Below the pieces are notes generated by a model. It made no database searches, was not told where the DNA came from, and was given only the letters and a program-made list of their open reading frames with translations. From Eledone cirrhosa (Eukaryota), in the NCBI GenBank assembly GCA_964016885.1, contig OZ024742.1:31000001-31064000 (forward strand): a DNA stretch of 64,000 nt. The letters are read 5' to 3'. Positions 10,133 to 22,964 of this stretch are shown one piece after another; position 1 is the stretch's first letter, and each line of letters opens with the position of its first letter. Made by a program: the position numbers and the translations under genes.

Positions 10133-13076
10133 GACAGTCAACGCGATCAGTCGCATATTTTGGCGTGGGAGACTATTTATTAAATTTAAGATGAATACTA
10201 TCTCCGACAGTAATGCCACAACTACAGTCAGGTTGAATAACTGGTTATTCTTCTAACTATCCCTTCTGAAGACACCTTTTATTCGAATTCGTAGAGATAT
10301 CCGACTAAATACATAATTCATTTTACAAGGATTTGCTACAAACAGCATGGCTGAACACAACATCGACAAAAAAATTAAGGAAGTATCGAAGACAAATAAC
10401 AAGGAAGGTAATCAAACTTTATTCTGTTGTAGCTACAGAAGAAACCGAAATTATAAATCGCATTTCTCTTGGAGTTGCGAACTTAATAATGATTTATTTA
10501 ATTGTTATAAAATGGCAAAAAACAATCCTCCATTGGGTATATGAATACAATGAAGCTACACTGGGACGAAATGCACCCAGAGCTAAATTATTTCACAGCG
10601 AAACAATTACGCCAACAAGCGACGTTTGTTGAACGTAAAAATAAGATAAATATTATTAATTGTAAGTCCCCCACAACAAACATGTTATCAACAACACGTG
10701 CTACAGGTCGCCATGCTACTAGACTTCCTAGCAGCCAGGTCGAACAGCGCCTTGAAACAACTATGCCTGTAAGAAACTTGACACCACCTGTACCATTTAA
10801 GTCTACCTCGAATGCTGGGGAAAACACTATCGATAATAATAATAACCGAAGAAATAATAATAATAATCGAATAAATGTGACACCACGTGTACCATCCGAG
10901 TCTACCTCGACTGTTGTGGAAAATACTATCGATAATGATAATCAAAAGTATAAACAATTAAAAATTTCCCTCAACGAAATCTTCCAGAGAGAAATTAACT
11001 CATGTATAAATATCTCTCTTGCTGAACGTGTTAAAACGACAATGGTGAATAAAAAAAACAAATAATGAAATACTACGTGTTATTGACGAAATAGGGGATG
11101 AATATTTACGACGGATAAAAACCCCAACATTTTGGCAAATCAACGCCTGTTTATATGCCTTAGCAACGACAGTAAAGCAGTATCTTGGTGATAGCAGAGA
11201 TATTAACAAGAATAAAACACCACAAAAAATACCATCATATATAACTAAAATAGAAAAAAAGATTGCTGATCTACGAAAAAACCATAGGATATGTGACAAT
11301 GCTCCTTACATGCAAACAAACACAAAAAAACCTCACTCCTCACCAACAAAGAGTGAAAAATAAAATAGAGACGATGTTTGGTAACAGTAGAACCAGAACT
11401 CTTCAATATAAGCTGATCACCCTCAAACAAGAATTGAGAGTTGTTAGCGAAAACGCCGATACCTGAAGAAGGTAGATGAGAGAAAAGTGCTTAATAAAGA
11501 TTCATACGAAACCAAACATCAGTCTATAGAGATATGAAGAACAAAATAATAAGTGTCACTGAGGCCCCATCCCAGAAAGACATAGATTCCTTTTGGATTA
11601 ACATATGGGGTGAAAAGAAGAATTTCAACCAAGATGCAGTGTGGCTAAGAGAAATCCGAAAGAACTATTGCTCCTACACTACAACAAAAACATACGAAAT
11701 AAGGGAGGGTACCCTTGAGACTGTGATAGGAAAACTCCAAGATAAGAAAACACCAGGAAGAGACATGATTGTCGGCTACTGGTACAAAAAACTAATATTC
11801 TATCGGAGGTATCTTACTGACCTCTACCAACAAGTTCTTAAGGGAGATACACTTATACCAGAATGGTTGACATTAGCACAAACGTTACTGGTCGCCAAGA
11901 ACAAAGCACCCACATGGCAAAAAACTCCCGATCCATTGCATGCCAGAACCTGATGTATAAGATGTATACAGCCTGCCTGAACTTATTCCTCCAAGATCAC
12001 TGTGAAAATAATAACATCATCACAGATGAACAAGCAGCTGGAAAGAAAGGGCTTTGGGATGTGCTGAACAACTCCTAATCAACAAAACTGCGATGTCGGA
12101 GGTGCGACAACTTAGGAAGAATATGACTACAGTCTGGCTGGACTACAGGAAAGCTTTCGATTCTGTTCCCACTCTTGGATGATAGAGGCCCTCCAACTTG
12201 TTAAAGTCCCAGACATTATTGTCAGAGCCATAAAGAAGCTGTCTTCTTTTTGGGCTACTATCCTAAGGTTAAAGATAGAGAGAGAGGACTCTATTTTCAC
12301 TGATAAAATAAAATATTGCAGGGCGTATATTTCAGGGGGACAGTCTCTCTGTGATATTGTTCATCTTGTCGTTAAACCCCTTGTCCTTTCTGCTCAAGAA
12401 ATGTGAGGGATACATCATTGGCTCACAGGAGGACAGAAATACGAACCTAACCCATAATTTCTTTGTGGACGATCTGAAACTCTATGCCAAGAACATGGAT
12501 GGGATGAAGAAAAATCTTGACCTGGTTACAACGTTCTCAAAGGATATAGGAATGGAGTTTGGCCAAGATAAATGCTCATACATGACTGTAAAGCGGGGAA
12601 AAACAACAATCCAATCTAGCAACATTGTCATCAATGGCCTAACTGTTTCACCGATATCTGATGAGGACTGCTACAGATACCTGGGGATAGATGAGAACAT
12701 ATCCTATAATGGTATCTGTAATAAAGAACGCGTAACCAGGGAATACTACACCCGATTAAGAAAGATCTGGTCATCGGAACTCTCTGCGCAATACAAAACA
12801 GTGGCTCACAATGTGTTTGCTGTGCCTGTCCTAACACCAACGTTTGGAATACTCAATTGGACGATAGACGAAATCCGAGCAGTTGATGTTGGAACTCGAA
12901 AAATACTGAACAACACCGGAAACTTCCACATCAACAGTGACATAAACCGCCTTTACTTGAAACGTAAGCAGGGAGGCAGAGGCCTAACATCAGTCCAGAC
13001 AACATTTGAATGTCGCATCATATCTCTCTGACAACATCTACGAAACTCGAAGCGTAGGAGCCCGTTTCTCGAGCAA
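10133..13076 (+). mobile_element. R4/Dong-like LINE 5' part (5' UTR, N-terminal domain, RT), degenerate
   Basis: KTPGRD, WLDYRKAFDSVP, FQGDSL, FFVDDLKL, YRYLG and RLYLKRKQGGRGL lie across frameshifted ORFs at 10347-13031. The sequence breaks off at ..PFLEQ into (ATGT)n. Confidence 0.88.
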
Positions 13077-13150
13077 TGTATGTATGTATGTATGTATGTA
13101 TGTATGTATGTATGTATGTATGTATGTATGTATGTATGTATGTATGTATG

Positions 13151-14015
13151 TTATCTCTTTCTCTTAATTTCGAGTATATTTATTTTTGACCGGCCACCTT
13201 CCTGGTGGCAAGGTTGTAAAAGAAAAGAAATTGTCATCCTTTGAATCGCAAGAATGTTTTGCAAATTTTGAAGGTGCCAGTCATTTGTAGACTATGAATT
13301 AGGGAGCTGCGCTTTTTGTCCGCAAATCCAAGTTCAGTCATACTTTGGTCCAAGCGGGTTGGTATATAACCCGTAGCTCCAATAATGATGGGTATGAAGC
13401 TAAAGGTGTATCTTGGATACTGGATTTGTAAACTCCTCATCAATGGTCCGTAGATGTCCTCCTTCTCCTGTATTTTTCTGACAACGTTTACATCAAGTGG
13501 GCAGCTGATCTCCACAACAGAACACGTTTTCAATGTGTGGTCCCAAACAACAATATCAGGCCGGTTGTGCTTTAATATTTGGTGGCAGTTTTTATTTTCA
13601 GGTTCCACCAGTATTCCTTAGTGCCATCTGTCTCAATATATTCTTCCTCGTTTGTTGTTAATTTTGTTTTCCGAAGTGGATTCCAGATGGTTCTAGCTAT
13701 CCCATCGTGTCTCATGGGGAGGTAGTAGCGAGATGACATTCTTTCGCAGCTGGCAACAATGTGGCTTACATCCTCGATCTTTGTTTTACATAGCCTACAT
13801 TTATTGTCAGCTGCTGGCCCTCCTCTTTTGTGCAGCAGATATTTGGTAGGGAGTTCTTGTTCCTGTATTGCATAGAGATATCCCTCAAGGTGTGATGTCA
13901 TAAACTTGTCGGAACTCCATGCCAGGCTTTTTGAGTGGTTTATCCCCTCTATGGTCTGTGTTTTACGTCTCAAGTATCCATGCACAACTTTTTCTGTAAA
14001 TTGGTCAATTTTTTT
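13151..14015 (-). mobile_element. Second R4/Dong-like subfamily, 5'-truncated copy (RLE domain)
   Basis: VHGY, EGYLYAIQEQEL, CRLC..HIVASC..RHD, RPDIVVWD, VEISCP, KEDIY; (ACAT)n lies on both sides in element orientation. Confidence 0.88.
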
Positions 14016-14139
14016 GTATGTATGTATGTATGTATGTATGTATGTATGTATGTATGTATGTATGTATGTATGTATGTATGTATGTATGTATGAATGTATG
14101 TATGTATGTATGTATGAATGTTTGTATGTATATATGTAT

Positions 14140-15425
14140 GAAAGGATTGTCAACACGGTATCTATCTCAGATATCGTACTTCCGGCAAGCTATCTAACCT
14201 TAGGCGTCTCACTGTCAACACTAAGATACTGAGTACCTTGATCAGTGAATTTTTATATGCAGATGATTGTGATCTCTTTGCACACTCCCAGAGTGACATG
14301 CAACACCTTATGGATTCTTTTTCCAATGCGTGCAGTGCTTTGGGACTGACAATCAATCTGAAGAAGACTGTCGTTATGTACCAACCTGATCCGGATAAAG
14401 TTTTCAATGAACTCTCCATATACGTATACGGTCAAAAGCTGAAGGCTGCTGACACATTTGTGTATTTGGGGGTACTCTGAGTGTGGCCTGCTCTCTGGAT
14501 GCAGAAGTTGGTCTACGTGTTAGTAAAGCAAGTGAGTCATTTGGAAGGCTCAACGACCGTCTTTGGTGCAGGCGAGGAATCACAATGAGGACCAAGGTGA
14601 GAGTGTATGCTGCATGTGTACTGTCAGCTTTGCTGTATGCATGTGAGACATGGGTCGCCTACAAACGGCATATCCACAGACTGGAACGGTTTCACCAGCA
14701 GTGTCTCAGAAAGATGCTCGGTATCAAGTGGCAGATGCATGTGAGTGATGTTGAGGTCCTTGAGAGAAGGGAGTGTCTGAGCATTGAGAGTATCATCCAC
14801 CAACGGCGTTTGCGATGGACCGGACATCTCTGCAGAATTGAGGATGATCGAATCCTAAAACAACTCTTGTATGGCGAGCTTTGTGAGGGTAAGAGACCAC
14901 CTCACAAGCCAAGGCTCCGATTCGAGGATTGTGTAAAGGACTCATTGAAAAAAAAACTGGTTTGATGATGGCTGACTGAGAGATAGGAGCTCTTGAAAGA
15001 GAAACTTGGCGTGGAATGGTGAATGATGGGATCCATAATTTTGAGGACACGCATAGAGCACGAGAAGATCAAACGGGATGTGTGTAAGCAATGCCCTGGT
15101 GTATCTCTCGAAACGATCGGTGTCTCCATTGAATTGAAGTGCTCTGAATGTTGAAACATTTGCTTGAGCAAATCTGGTCTCAGGAGCCACAGTCGCAGCC
15201 ATGTTCAAAGAGAACCAGTGAACAATGATTTCCACGATGTTGTGAGGGTTCACAGGCAACCTGATGCAAGACCACAGGCCAGGGAGATCCATAGTTGTCG
15301 TCAGTGTGTGAAGGAGTGCAAGTCTCTAGCAGACTTGAAAAGCCATATCCGAGCGTCACACATCTGAATCTGACAAGCGATTGCAATACTCTTGGCAGAG
15401 TTTGCAGCCATCATGTATGTATGTA
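14140..15425 (+). mobile_element. RTE-clade LINE 3' fragment (RT C-terminal half, two C2H2-like fingers, ATGT tail)
   Basis: LYADDCDL, FVYLG, LLYACETW, RRLRWTGH, KQLLYGEL; fingers CSEC..GLRSHSRSH and CRQC..LKSHIRASH. Confidence 0.9.
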
Positions 15426-16895
15426 AGGACGATGCCAATATCATCATCAAAGATCCATCAACAATCGGTCAGCGTTGGGAGGAACATTTTACTGACCTGT
15501 TTGACAACCCATCACCGGTTAATTTTGGAGTGATAGAGGGCCTTCTCAATGCGAAACAGTCCACCATATGGATCGAGTTCCCTCTGCCGATGAAATAAAG
15601 CTGGCAGTTAAGCAGGTTAACTCTGGCAAGGCACCAGGTCTAGATGGTATCCCAGTCGAACTGCTGAAAGTCGGCAGTGATAATGTAACTGAAGCAATAA
15701 ACAATTTCATCACTGATTGCTTCAATGATGACCCCGGTTCCGCAAGACTGGATCAACGGTATTCTGTTATCATTGGGGTCGATAAAATAAAGTACCAGTA
15801 ATACACTGGGTAATTGCTGCCCTTGTGCCAAAAGTAGAAACATTAATATAAAGGCAAAGGTGAAAAATCGATATGTGGAAACTACCGTGGCATTTCTTTG
15901 TTGGAAGCTGTTGGCAAGGTTCTCGCAAGACTTTGCTCAACAGACTGGAGGAGGATATCTGTCCTACAGCTATCGCAGAATCACAGAGTGGTTTTGAAGA
16001 GGAAGGGAACAGTTGACATGATTTTCTCTGTAAGATAAGTACAAGAAAAATGCATTGAGCAGTGTGTCCCTCTATATCAAGTCTTTGTCGACCTAACGAA
16101 GGCCTTTGATACAGTTAACAGAGATGTACTCTGGATAATACTTGGAAAACTGGGATGTCCACCCAAGTTTGTGAGTATGCTAAAACAGCTGCACAGAAAT
16201 ATGAAAGCCCGAGTTACCTTCAATGGCCAACTATCTGGGTAAATCCCAATTGACAAAGGGGTAAAGCAAAGTGATATTTCTGCTCCTACGCTTTTCTCCA
16301 TCTTCTTTGCTGCCTTGCTCACACATGCTTTCCATGATTGTGACAGAGGAATTCTTTTACGGTTCAGAACCACTGGAAAGGTTTTTAACTTAAGCAGGTT
16401 TAATGCCAAGACAAAACCTTTTCAAGCTTTGATCAGAGACCTTCTTTACGCCGACGACGCTGACTTCCTAGCACACACAGAAGCTGACATGCAACATATG
16501 GACCATTTCTCATCATTTTGTACAGCATTTGGGCCTTAAAATGACCCAAGTAATGTTTACCCCTGCTCCTGGAGAACCATATACTGAATCCAATATCAAG
16601 GTTGATGGAACCAGGCTGGGAGTAGTAGATACATTTGTATAATTGGGTAGCACGCTCTCAAATGATGGCTCCTTGGATGCTGAAATACATCTGCGCATCC
16701 AGAAGGCCTCTGTTGCCTTCGGAAAATTGGAAAAGAGAGTTTGGGCAAATCGCAACATTACCAACAATACCAAGGTGTGTGTGTATAGATCATGTGTTCT
16801 GTCTGCTCTTCTCAAATGCGCTGGACAGGACATTTCGTCCGCATGAAAGAAAGCAGGATTCCGAAGCAACTGTTTTACGGTGAGCTCCATCTTGG
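15426..16895 (+). mobile_element. RTE-clade LINE internal fragment, degenerate and internally deleted
   Basis: RWEEHF, KAPGLDGIPVE, NYRGISLL, FVDLTKAFDTV, LLYADD. It jumps from LSALL to MRWTGH near 16812. Confidence 0.88.
15770..15845 (+). mobile_element. Meta-type SINE 3' fragment inserted in the RTE LINE
   Basis: ggggtcgataaaataaagtaccagt..ccttgtgccaaaagtagaaac matches the SINEs at 36421-36610 and 38656-38875. Confidence 0.75.
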
Positions 16896-17069
16896 AAAAA
16901 AAAATATATATACATATATATACACACACACAAATATATATATACATACCTATATATGTGTGTCTATATTTAGTATAATTTTAAATAAACGAGATATCGA
17001 GTTTTAGTTATATTTATCTTTGTATGTCATTGAGTGCTGTGGTGGCAACACTGATATTGTTTATCGCCT

Positions 17070-17395
17070 CCTCCCACCATCACCAACATCACAATCACTA
17101 TCGCCGCCATCACTACCATCAACACCATCTCCACCACCATCACCATTACCATCACCATCACCGCCATCACCAACATCGCCACCGCCATCACCATCATCAC
17201 TAACATCACCAGCACTACCATAACCAACACTACCAACACCATCACCATTACCACCATTAACACCACCACCACCATCAACATCATTACCACTATACCCCCT
17301 CGCACCATCCCCGCCACCACCACCGCCGCCGCCACCACCACCACCACCACCACCACCACCACCACCACCACCACCACCACCACCACCACCACCAC
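17070..17395. repeat. (CAC)n/(CAT)n trinucleotide low-complexity tract
   Basis: Direct inspection. Confidence 0.9.
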
Positions 17396-17509
17396 TTTAT
17401 ATTTGCCGGAAACCAGACATATTAAGCGAATATATACAACTTCTCTGATCCCCCCTCTCCTCTAACATTGATACTCTCGATACTTTAGTCAATTGTACTC
17501 TGTAACCTC

Positions 17510-17700
17510 TGTAGAAACATGGTTTAATGGTTACAGTAGTCAGCTCTAGATCCTAACGTCGTCAGTTCCATTCCCGGCGACGAGTTGTGTCCTTCAACAA
17601 GACACTTTATTTCATGTTGCTCCAGTTCGTTGTATCCTTGAACAAGACACTTTATTTACATTGCTCAAGTCCACACAGCTGGAAAAACATGAGTGTTACG
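17510..17700 (+). mobile_element. tRNA-derived CORE-like SINE with an internal duplication
   Basis: Degenerate A box (tggtttaatgg) and B box (agttccattccc), then gttgtgtccttcaacaagacactt (CORE-like) present twice. Confidence 0.6.
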
Positions 17701-17779
17701 TGAGATTCAACGGTGCATACAACACACAAAAACAAGATGGTATAGGACAGAACAAAGGAGAGACACACAATTATAAATT

Positions 17780-17826
17780 AGTTACTGAGGAGGTCACAGA
17801 ATGTGTGACGAAAGAGCTTTCACAAT
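17780..17826 (+). ncRNA. Degenerate type I hammerhead ribozyme motif
   Basis: CTGAGGA-g-gtcaca(gaatg)tgtgac-GAAA-gagctttc, followed by aataaa; stem I is poor. Confidence 0.45.
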
Positions 17827-18225
17827 AAATAAACCAAACAACTGGAAATTTGTAATAAATTGAAGTGAAAACCAACATGTGCTTTTATTGGCCACATGGC
17901 CTTCCCAAAGTATAACAATATCGGTTTCAACACACACTTTCAAATAAGAAATCTTGCAAAATAAATACAAAGACGAAGTATATATATATTTATTTTTGCA
18001 AACGAAGTATACATATAATATATATATATATACCCACGACCCTCTCAGGAATAAGTGGGCGAAGAAGAAAAAGAAGTATATATATATATAAATTTTAGTA
18101 CAGCATTGACGAAGCTCTAGCATACGGCCAAGCTAGCGTGTATGCATAATCGGTCTGTAGCTTTAGCACTCAGATGAGGTAAGACCCCAGAGTAATAACA
18201 TTACGTTCAGACAGCTTAGCAAATC

Positions 18226-18318
<93 letters not shown>

Positions 18319-18765
18319 CGTATATATATATATATATATATTATACGTATATATATATATATATATATATATATACTTGCAGAAATATTGACGAATGTTT
18401 ATGTAGCCGAGGTATTTCAGTATATATTTCAATGGGTTAATGTCTATATAATTCAAATAGTTCGAGGTGTCGCCCCAAATTGACCGGAACCTTAAACAGC
18501 ATGTCCCCTAATGTCATGCTGTCCGTCTCAGGCAATAAGGCAACGCCCCCAACTTTCAACAATTGCTTCTGTATTGCATTTCGTGCCTAGACGTTTATTT
18601 TAAGGTCTACCTTTTCCCACGAGACACTTGTTTGTACACACACATGCACACATATACATGCATACACGCACGCGCGCGCACACACACGCGCGCACACACA
18701 CACACATAGGCACAGACATAAACATACACACACGCACACACACACACAGGCACAGGCACACACAT

Positions 18766-18798
<33 letters not shown>

Positions 18799-19188
18799 GG
18801 CACAGACATAAACATACACACACGCACACACACAGGCATACACATACACACACGCGCGCACACACACACATACACACACAGGCACAGACATAAACATACA
18901 CACACACAGGCACAGGCACACACATACACACACGCACGCACACACACACACGCACACGCACACGCACACATACACACACGCACGCTCACACGCGCGCACA
19001 CACGCACGCACACGCACACACACACACAAGCACAGACACAAACATACACACAAAGACACGCACACACACAAGCTATTTATATCTCATATTCATGTATATA
19101 TTAGAGGTGATGTTCTCTCACTCTTTCTCCCCCTCCCTATATATCTATATATGTATATATTCCAGTTAGAATTCTATATGTATGTCTG

Positions 19189-19222
<34 letters not shown>

Positions 19223-19258
19223 TATATCTATCTATCTATATACATATATACATACATC

Positions 19259-19328
<70 letters not shown>

Positions 19329-19350
19329 CATACATACATATATATATATA
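18226..19350. repeat. Cluster of (TA)n and degenerate (CA)n microsatellites with short unique spacers
   Basis: Tracts at about 18226-18376, 18635-19070 and 19140-19350. Confidence 0.9.
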
Positions 19351-19610
19351 ATAAAGAGTTGACGGACCCAGCATATTTATCAATGCCAGGACCGGTTGTA
19401 TCTCAGCGTACTCCATGGGTAATGTAGGATACATTCCCAGAGTATACACATAGTTATTCGCTTCAATACAACACACGTAAAACGGGTGCCTATAATAGTT
19501 CCCGGACTCGAGTTTCGGCCGCACTTTATGCAGCAGTACGGTGCACTGCACCGTCCGCCTGCATATATTATGCAACAATGCACAATCGGCTTATATATCC
19601 ATGCATAATT

Positions 19611-19949
19611 GCATAATTAGAATCAAAATATGTTCCTTGCACGGTAGAGAATACGAAAATCTCCACAAAACATGGAAAGCAAGGCCATTATTTTATACCT
19701 AATTAGAGCAGATCGATAATGGAGTCGGGTCCATAACTTTTACAGGTGACCCTGAGTCAATCCTCTGCGAAACGCACGTAACAGGTCGATACATAATAAA
19801 AATCTAAATACATGTAAACGAAACTTCATTTAAAAAAAAAGATAATCTGTATCTAAACCTTGCATAATTTGAATCAAAATGTGTTCCCTGCACAGTAGAG
19901 AATAAGGAAATCCCCAAAACATGAAAAGCAAGACCTCTATTTTACATCT
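19611..19949 (+). repeat. Diverged direct repeat of about 90 bp, two copies 250 bp apart
   Basis: tgcataatt.gaatcaaaat.tgttcc.tgcac.gtagagaat at 19611 and 19861. Confidence 0.8.
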
Positions 19950-20122
19950 GATGAGAGGTATTTGGTATATGCTGACATTTCGAGAAACCAATTATTCAAC
20001 TAAGAAACCTCCAGCTTCACCTGACAACAAATATCTGTTATTGTTTTGTCTTAAACTTTATTTGCTCTTTCCTCTTTCCATCCTCCATTTGTTCCTTTCT
20101 CCACCCATCTTACCCTTCTGAC

Positions 20123-20506
20123 CAGGACCGGATTTAATGGCGGGGAGGAAGCAATTTTGTAAATGTTTGTCATCCAATAAACAACAGTTCAACAAATCAC
20201 TTTGTTGTTATTTTGTGTATGGCTTAAGCAAGGACGGATTTAACGAGGAGCAAAAGAAGCACTTGCCCCGGGTCCCATGCTGTGGAGGCCTCCCCAGCGA
20301 CGACGGTAGCAATTTATTAGTGCCCTCAGCTGGAATATTTAGTTTCAGGATGGTTAGAAATTTTGAATTTAATACCTGTATGTATAACTTTTCAATTCCA
20401 ATTACTTGCGCCAACCTAACTTTGATATGTAAAACTGTGGGTTTGCTGTGTATTCTAATTTTTTGTGTATGAGCCACCCCCCCGCCCCCTTAATCTAGAG
20501 GACCTG
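20123..20506. mobile_element. Possible hAT-like MITE remnant
   Basis: Imperfect inverted termini caggaccggatttaatggcgggg / ccccgcccccttaatctagaggacctg; no clear TSD. Confidence 0.35.
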
Positions 20507-20566
20507 AAAGAGGATGACCGTGGAATCAGGGGTAGTCCTTGTGATATGTTAAGTTTATGGTAATAA

Positions 20567-20761
20567 CAGACCTGCTAACCTCTAAAAACCCAAATGGGGA
20601 GCACCATGAACAAAAGTGCCCCCAAACGAGGAGAAATGGTACAAAATGGGGAAATTTTACATAATGAAAGCTATAGCCATTTTCACAAGAGAAGACATCT
20701 CTCATCCACCCAAAAGTGGGTGGGAGATCTCCCCGTCCGACGGGGAGATTTGACAGGTCTG
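20567..20761. mobile_element. Possible hAT-like MITE
   Basis: Termini cagacctgctaacct / agatttgacaggtctg and a subterminal hairpin tctccccgtccgacggggaga. Confidence 0.45.
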
Positions 20762-21179
20762 TAATGAATTTATTTCAAAAACACATTTAGGTTTTGCTGA
20801 AAGTCACAATGTACGGCTGGGAATCGAACTCACAGCATGGTCCGATTATAATGACCATCAAATGAAAACTCACCATTCAACAAATGACCTGCCACCATAA
20901 CGTCTCATCATCAAGGGACAGATAACTGCACTTAGTGGCACATTTCTGTGAAATAGTGGGCGAACGTTTAGGATTTGAGTCAAGTACTTGGAAAAGTTTC
21001 TAGTTATCAATTGAAAAACAGTGTTAGCTTTCACAGCTGACAGGAAGGGCATTTACTCCGTATATATATAGCTAGCGGATGGCGGATGTGATTGTTTGAA
21101 AAGGGGTATATATATACATACATATATACATACATACATACATACATATATACATACACACACATATATATATATACAT

Positions 21180-21210
<31 letters not shown>

Positions 21211-21227
21211 CATACATATATATGTAT

Positions 21228-21288
<61 letters not shown>

Positions 21289-21349
21289 AACACATATATA
21301 TATATACATATATACATACATATATATATATGTAGATATATACATATAT

Positions 21350-21925
21350 ATGGTGGCTGCCAACTCGTTTTCGAGTGCGGCCACTATTTTATATGAAGGA
21401 GAACCCCTACCGATGCGCTGAACGAGTGACTTTTTAGTCCAGCCAGCGACTTGAAAACTCTGGTACAAACACCACACCTGCGACAATCATCGACACACAG
21501 TGCTGGGCCCATGGTACCATGGGACGACAAGTGCAGAGAGATCTCCAGATATAAAGCAATGCCTGTGCCGTGAAGCTTTTATAGTGAGCAAAGGCGCTGC
21601 ACAAAGCCAGTCCCACTCTCTTAACCAAGATGATATTTACCAAAAAGAAGAACAAGTCAACATCATTGGATACCATTAGGGTTGTAGGTGTTATATCAGA
21701 GTTTTCCTTCACCTAGAATTCTGCCTTGACAAAGAGTAAGGGGTCATCTCTCCCGGTGATTTTGGATGGCCATTGACTTTTATTGAGCTCCTTTTCCCTT
21801 TGACAGGTTTTATTTTTAGTCCTGCAGGATGTCCAAAGATACCCTCCTCACCAAGAAACCTTGGTGGGGTTGCCAGTTTACTCGCCAACGACCCGACCAT
21901 GAGCCAGGTTGTACTGGGATACATG
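21350..21925 (-). mobile_element. Non-autonomous RTE-tailed retroelement, copy 2
   Basis: Reverse complement of 8499-8920 plus extra 5' sequence (ctggcaaccccacc, RTE 5'-UTR-like). Confidence 0.85.
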
Positions 21926-21937
21926 TATATATGTAGA

Positions 21938-21969
<32 letters not shown>

Positions 21970-21970
<1 letters not shown>

Positions 21971-22552
21971 GGTGGCTGCCAACTCGTTATCGAGGACGGC
22001 CACTACTTTATATGAAGGAGAACCCCTACCGATGCGCCGAACGAGTGTGAATTTTTAGTCCAGCCAGCGACCTGAAAACTCTGGTACAAACACCACACCT
22101 GCGACAATCATCGACACACAGTGCTGGGCCCATGGTACCATGTGATGACAAGTGCAGAGAGATCTCCAGATATAAAGCAATGCCTGTGCCGTGAAGCTTT
22201 TATAGTGAGCAAAGTCACTGCACAAAGCCAGTCCCACTCTCTTAACCAAGATGATATTTACCAAAAAGAAGAACAAGTCAATATCATTGGATACCATCAG
22301 GGTTGCAGGTGTTATATCAGAGTTTTCCTTCTCCTAGAATTCTGCCTTGACAAAGGCTAAGGGGTCATCTCTTCCGGTGATTTTGGATGGCCATTGACTC
22401 TTAAGAGCTTCTTTGCCCTTTGACAGGTTTTGTTTTTAGTCCTGCAGGATGTCCAAAGTCACCCTCCTGTTATGTCAGGTCACCAGTTGGTGCTACTGGT
22501 AACATGTATCCTAGTACAACCTGTCTCATGGTCGGGTCGTTGGCGACTAAAA
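21970..22552 (-). mobile_element. Non-autonomous RTE-tailed retroelement, copy 3, with an inverted 5' segment
   Basis: 21970-22468 matches copy 2, while 22469-22552 carries the 5' part on the opposite strand. Confidence 0.85.
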
Positions 22553-22598
22553 ATACATATATAGATACATACATACATACATATATATATAGAGAGAT

Positions 22599-22678
<80 letters not shown>

Positions 22679-22743
22679 GTTTATCCCGGGTTCAAGTGGG
22701 GGTAACCACAGTAAGTAAGGTACTCAATATAAAGCAGAGTATT

Positions 22744-22877
22744 TATATATAATATAGAAAAGGCTTCAACAGGACTAGAACTGTTTCATTCGGGAGAAAT
22801 CATCAGGAAGCTTCCTGATGATTTCTCCCGAATGAAACAGTTCTAGTCCTGTTGAAGCCTTTTCTATATTATATATA
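22744..22877. ncRNA. Perfect 134-bp palindrome carrying a type I hammerhead motif on each strand (Penelope-type terminus)
   Basis: The centre is aag|ctt at 22810/22811. The sequence reads gcttc-CTGATGA-tttc(tccc)gaat-GAAAcag(ttctagtc)ctgTT-gaagc. Confidence 0.8.
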
Positions 22878-22899
22878 TATATATATGTGTATATATATA

Positions 22900-22964
<65 letters not shown>

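Noticed and set aside
17020-17395. Proline-rich extensin-like CDS
   Set aside because: It is a simple (CAC/CAT)n expansion.
19350-19600. Possible host exon or zinc-finger fragment (APYCCIKCGR)
   Set aside because: No complete motif, recognisable homology or convincing splice-site pair.
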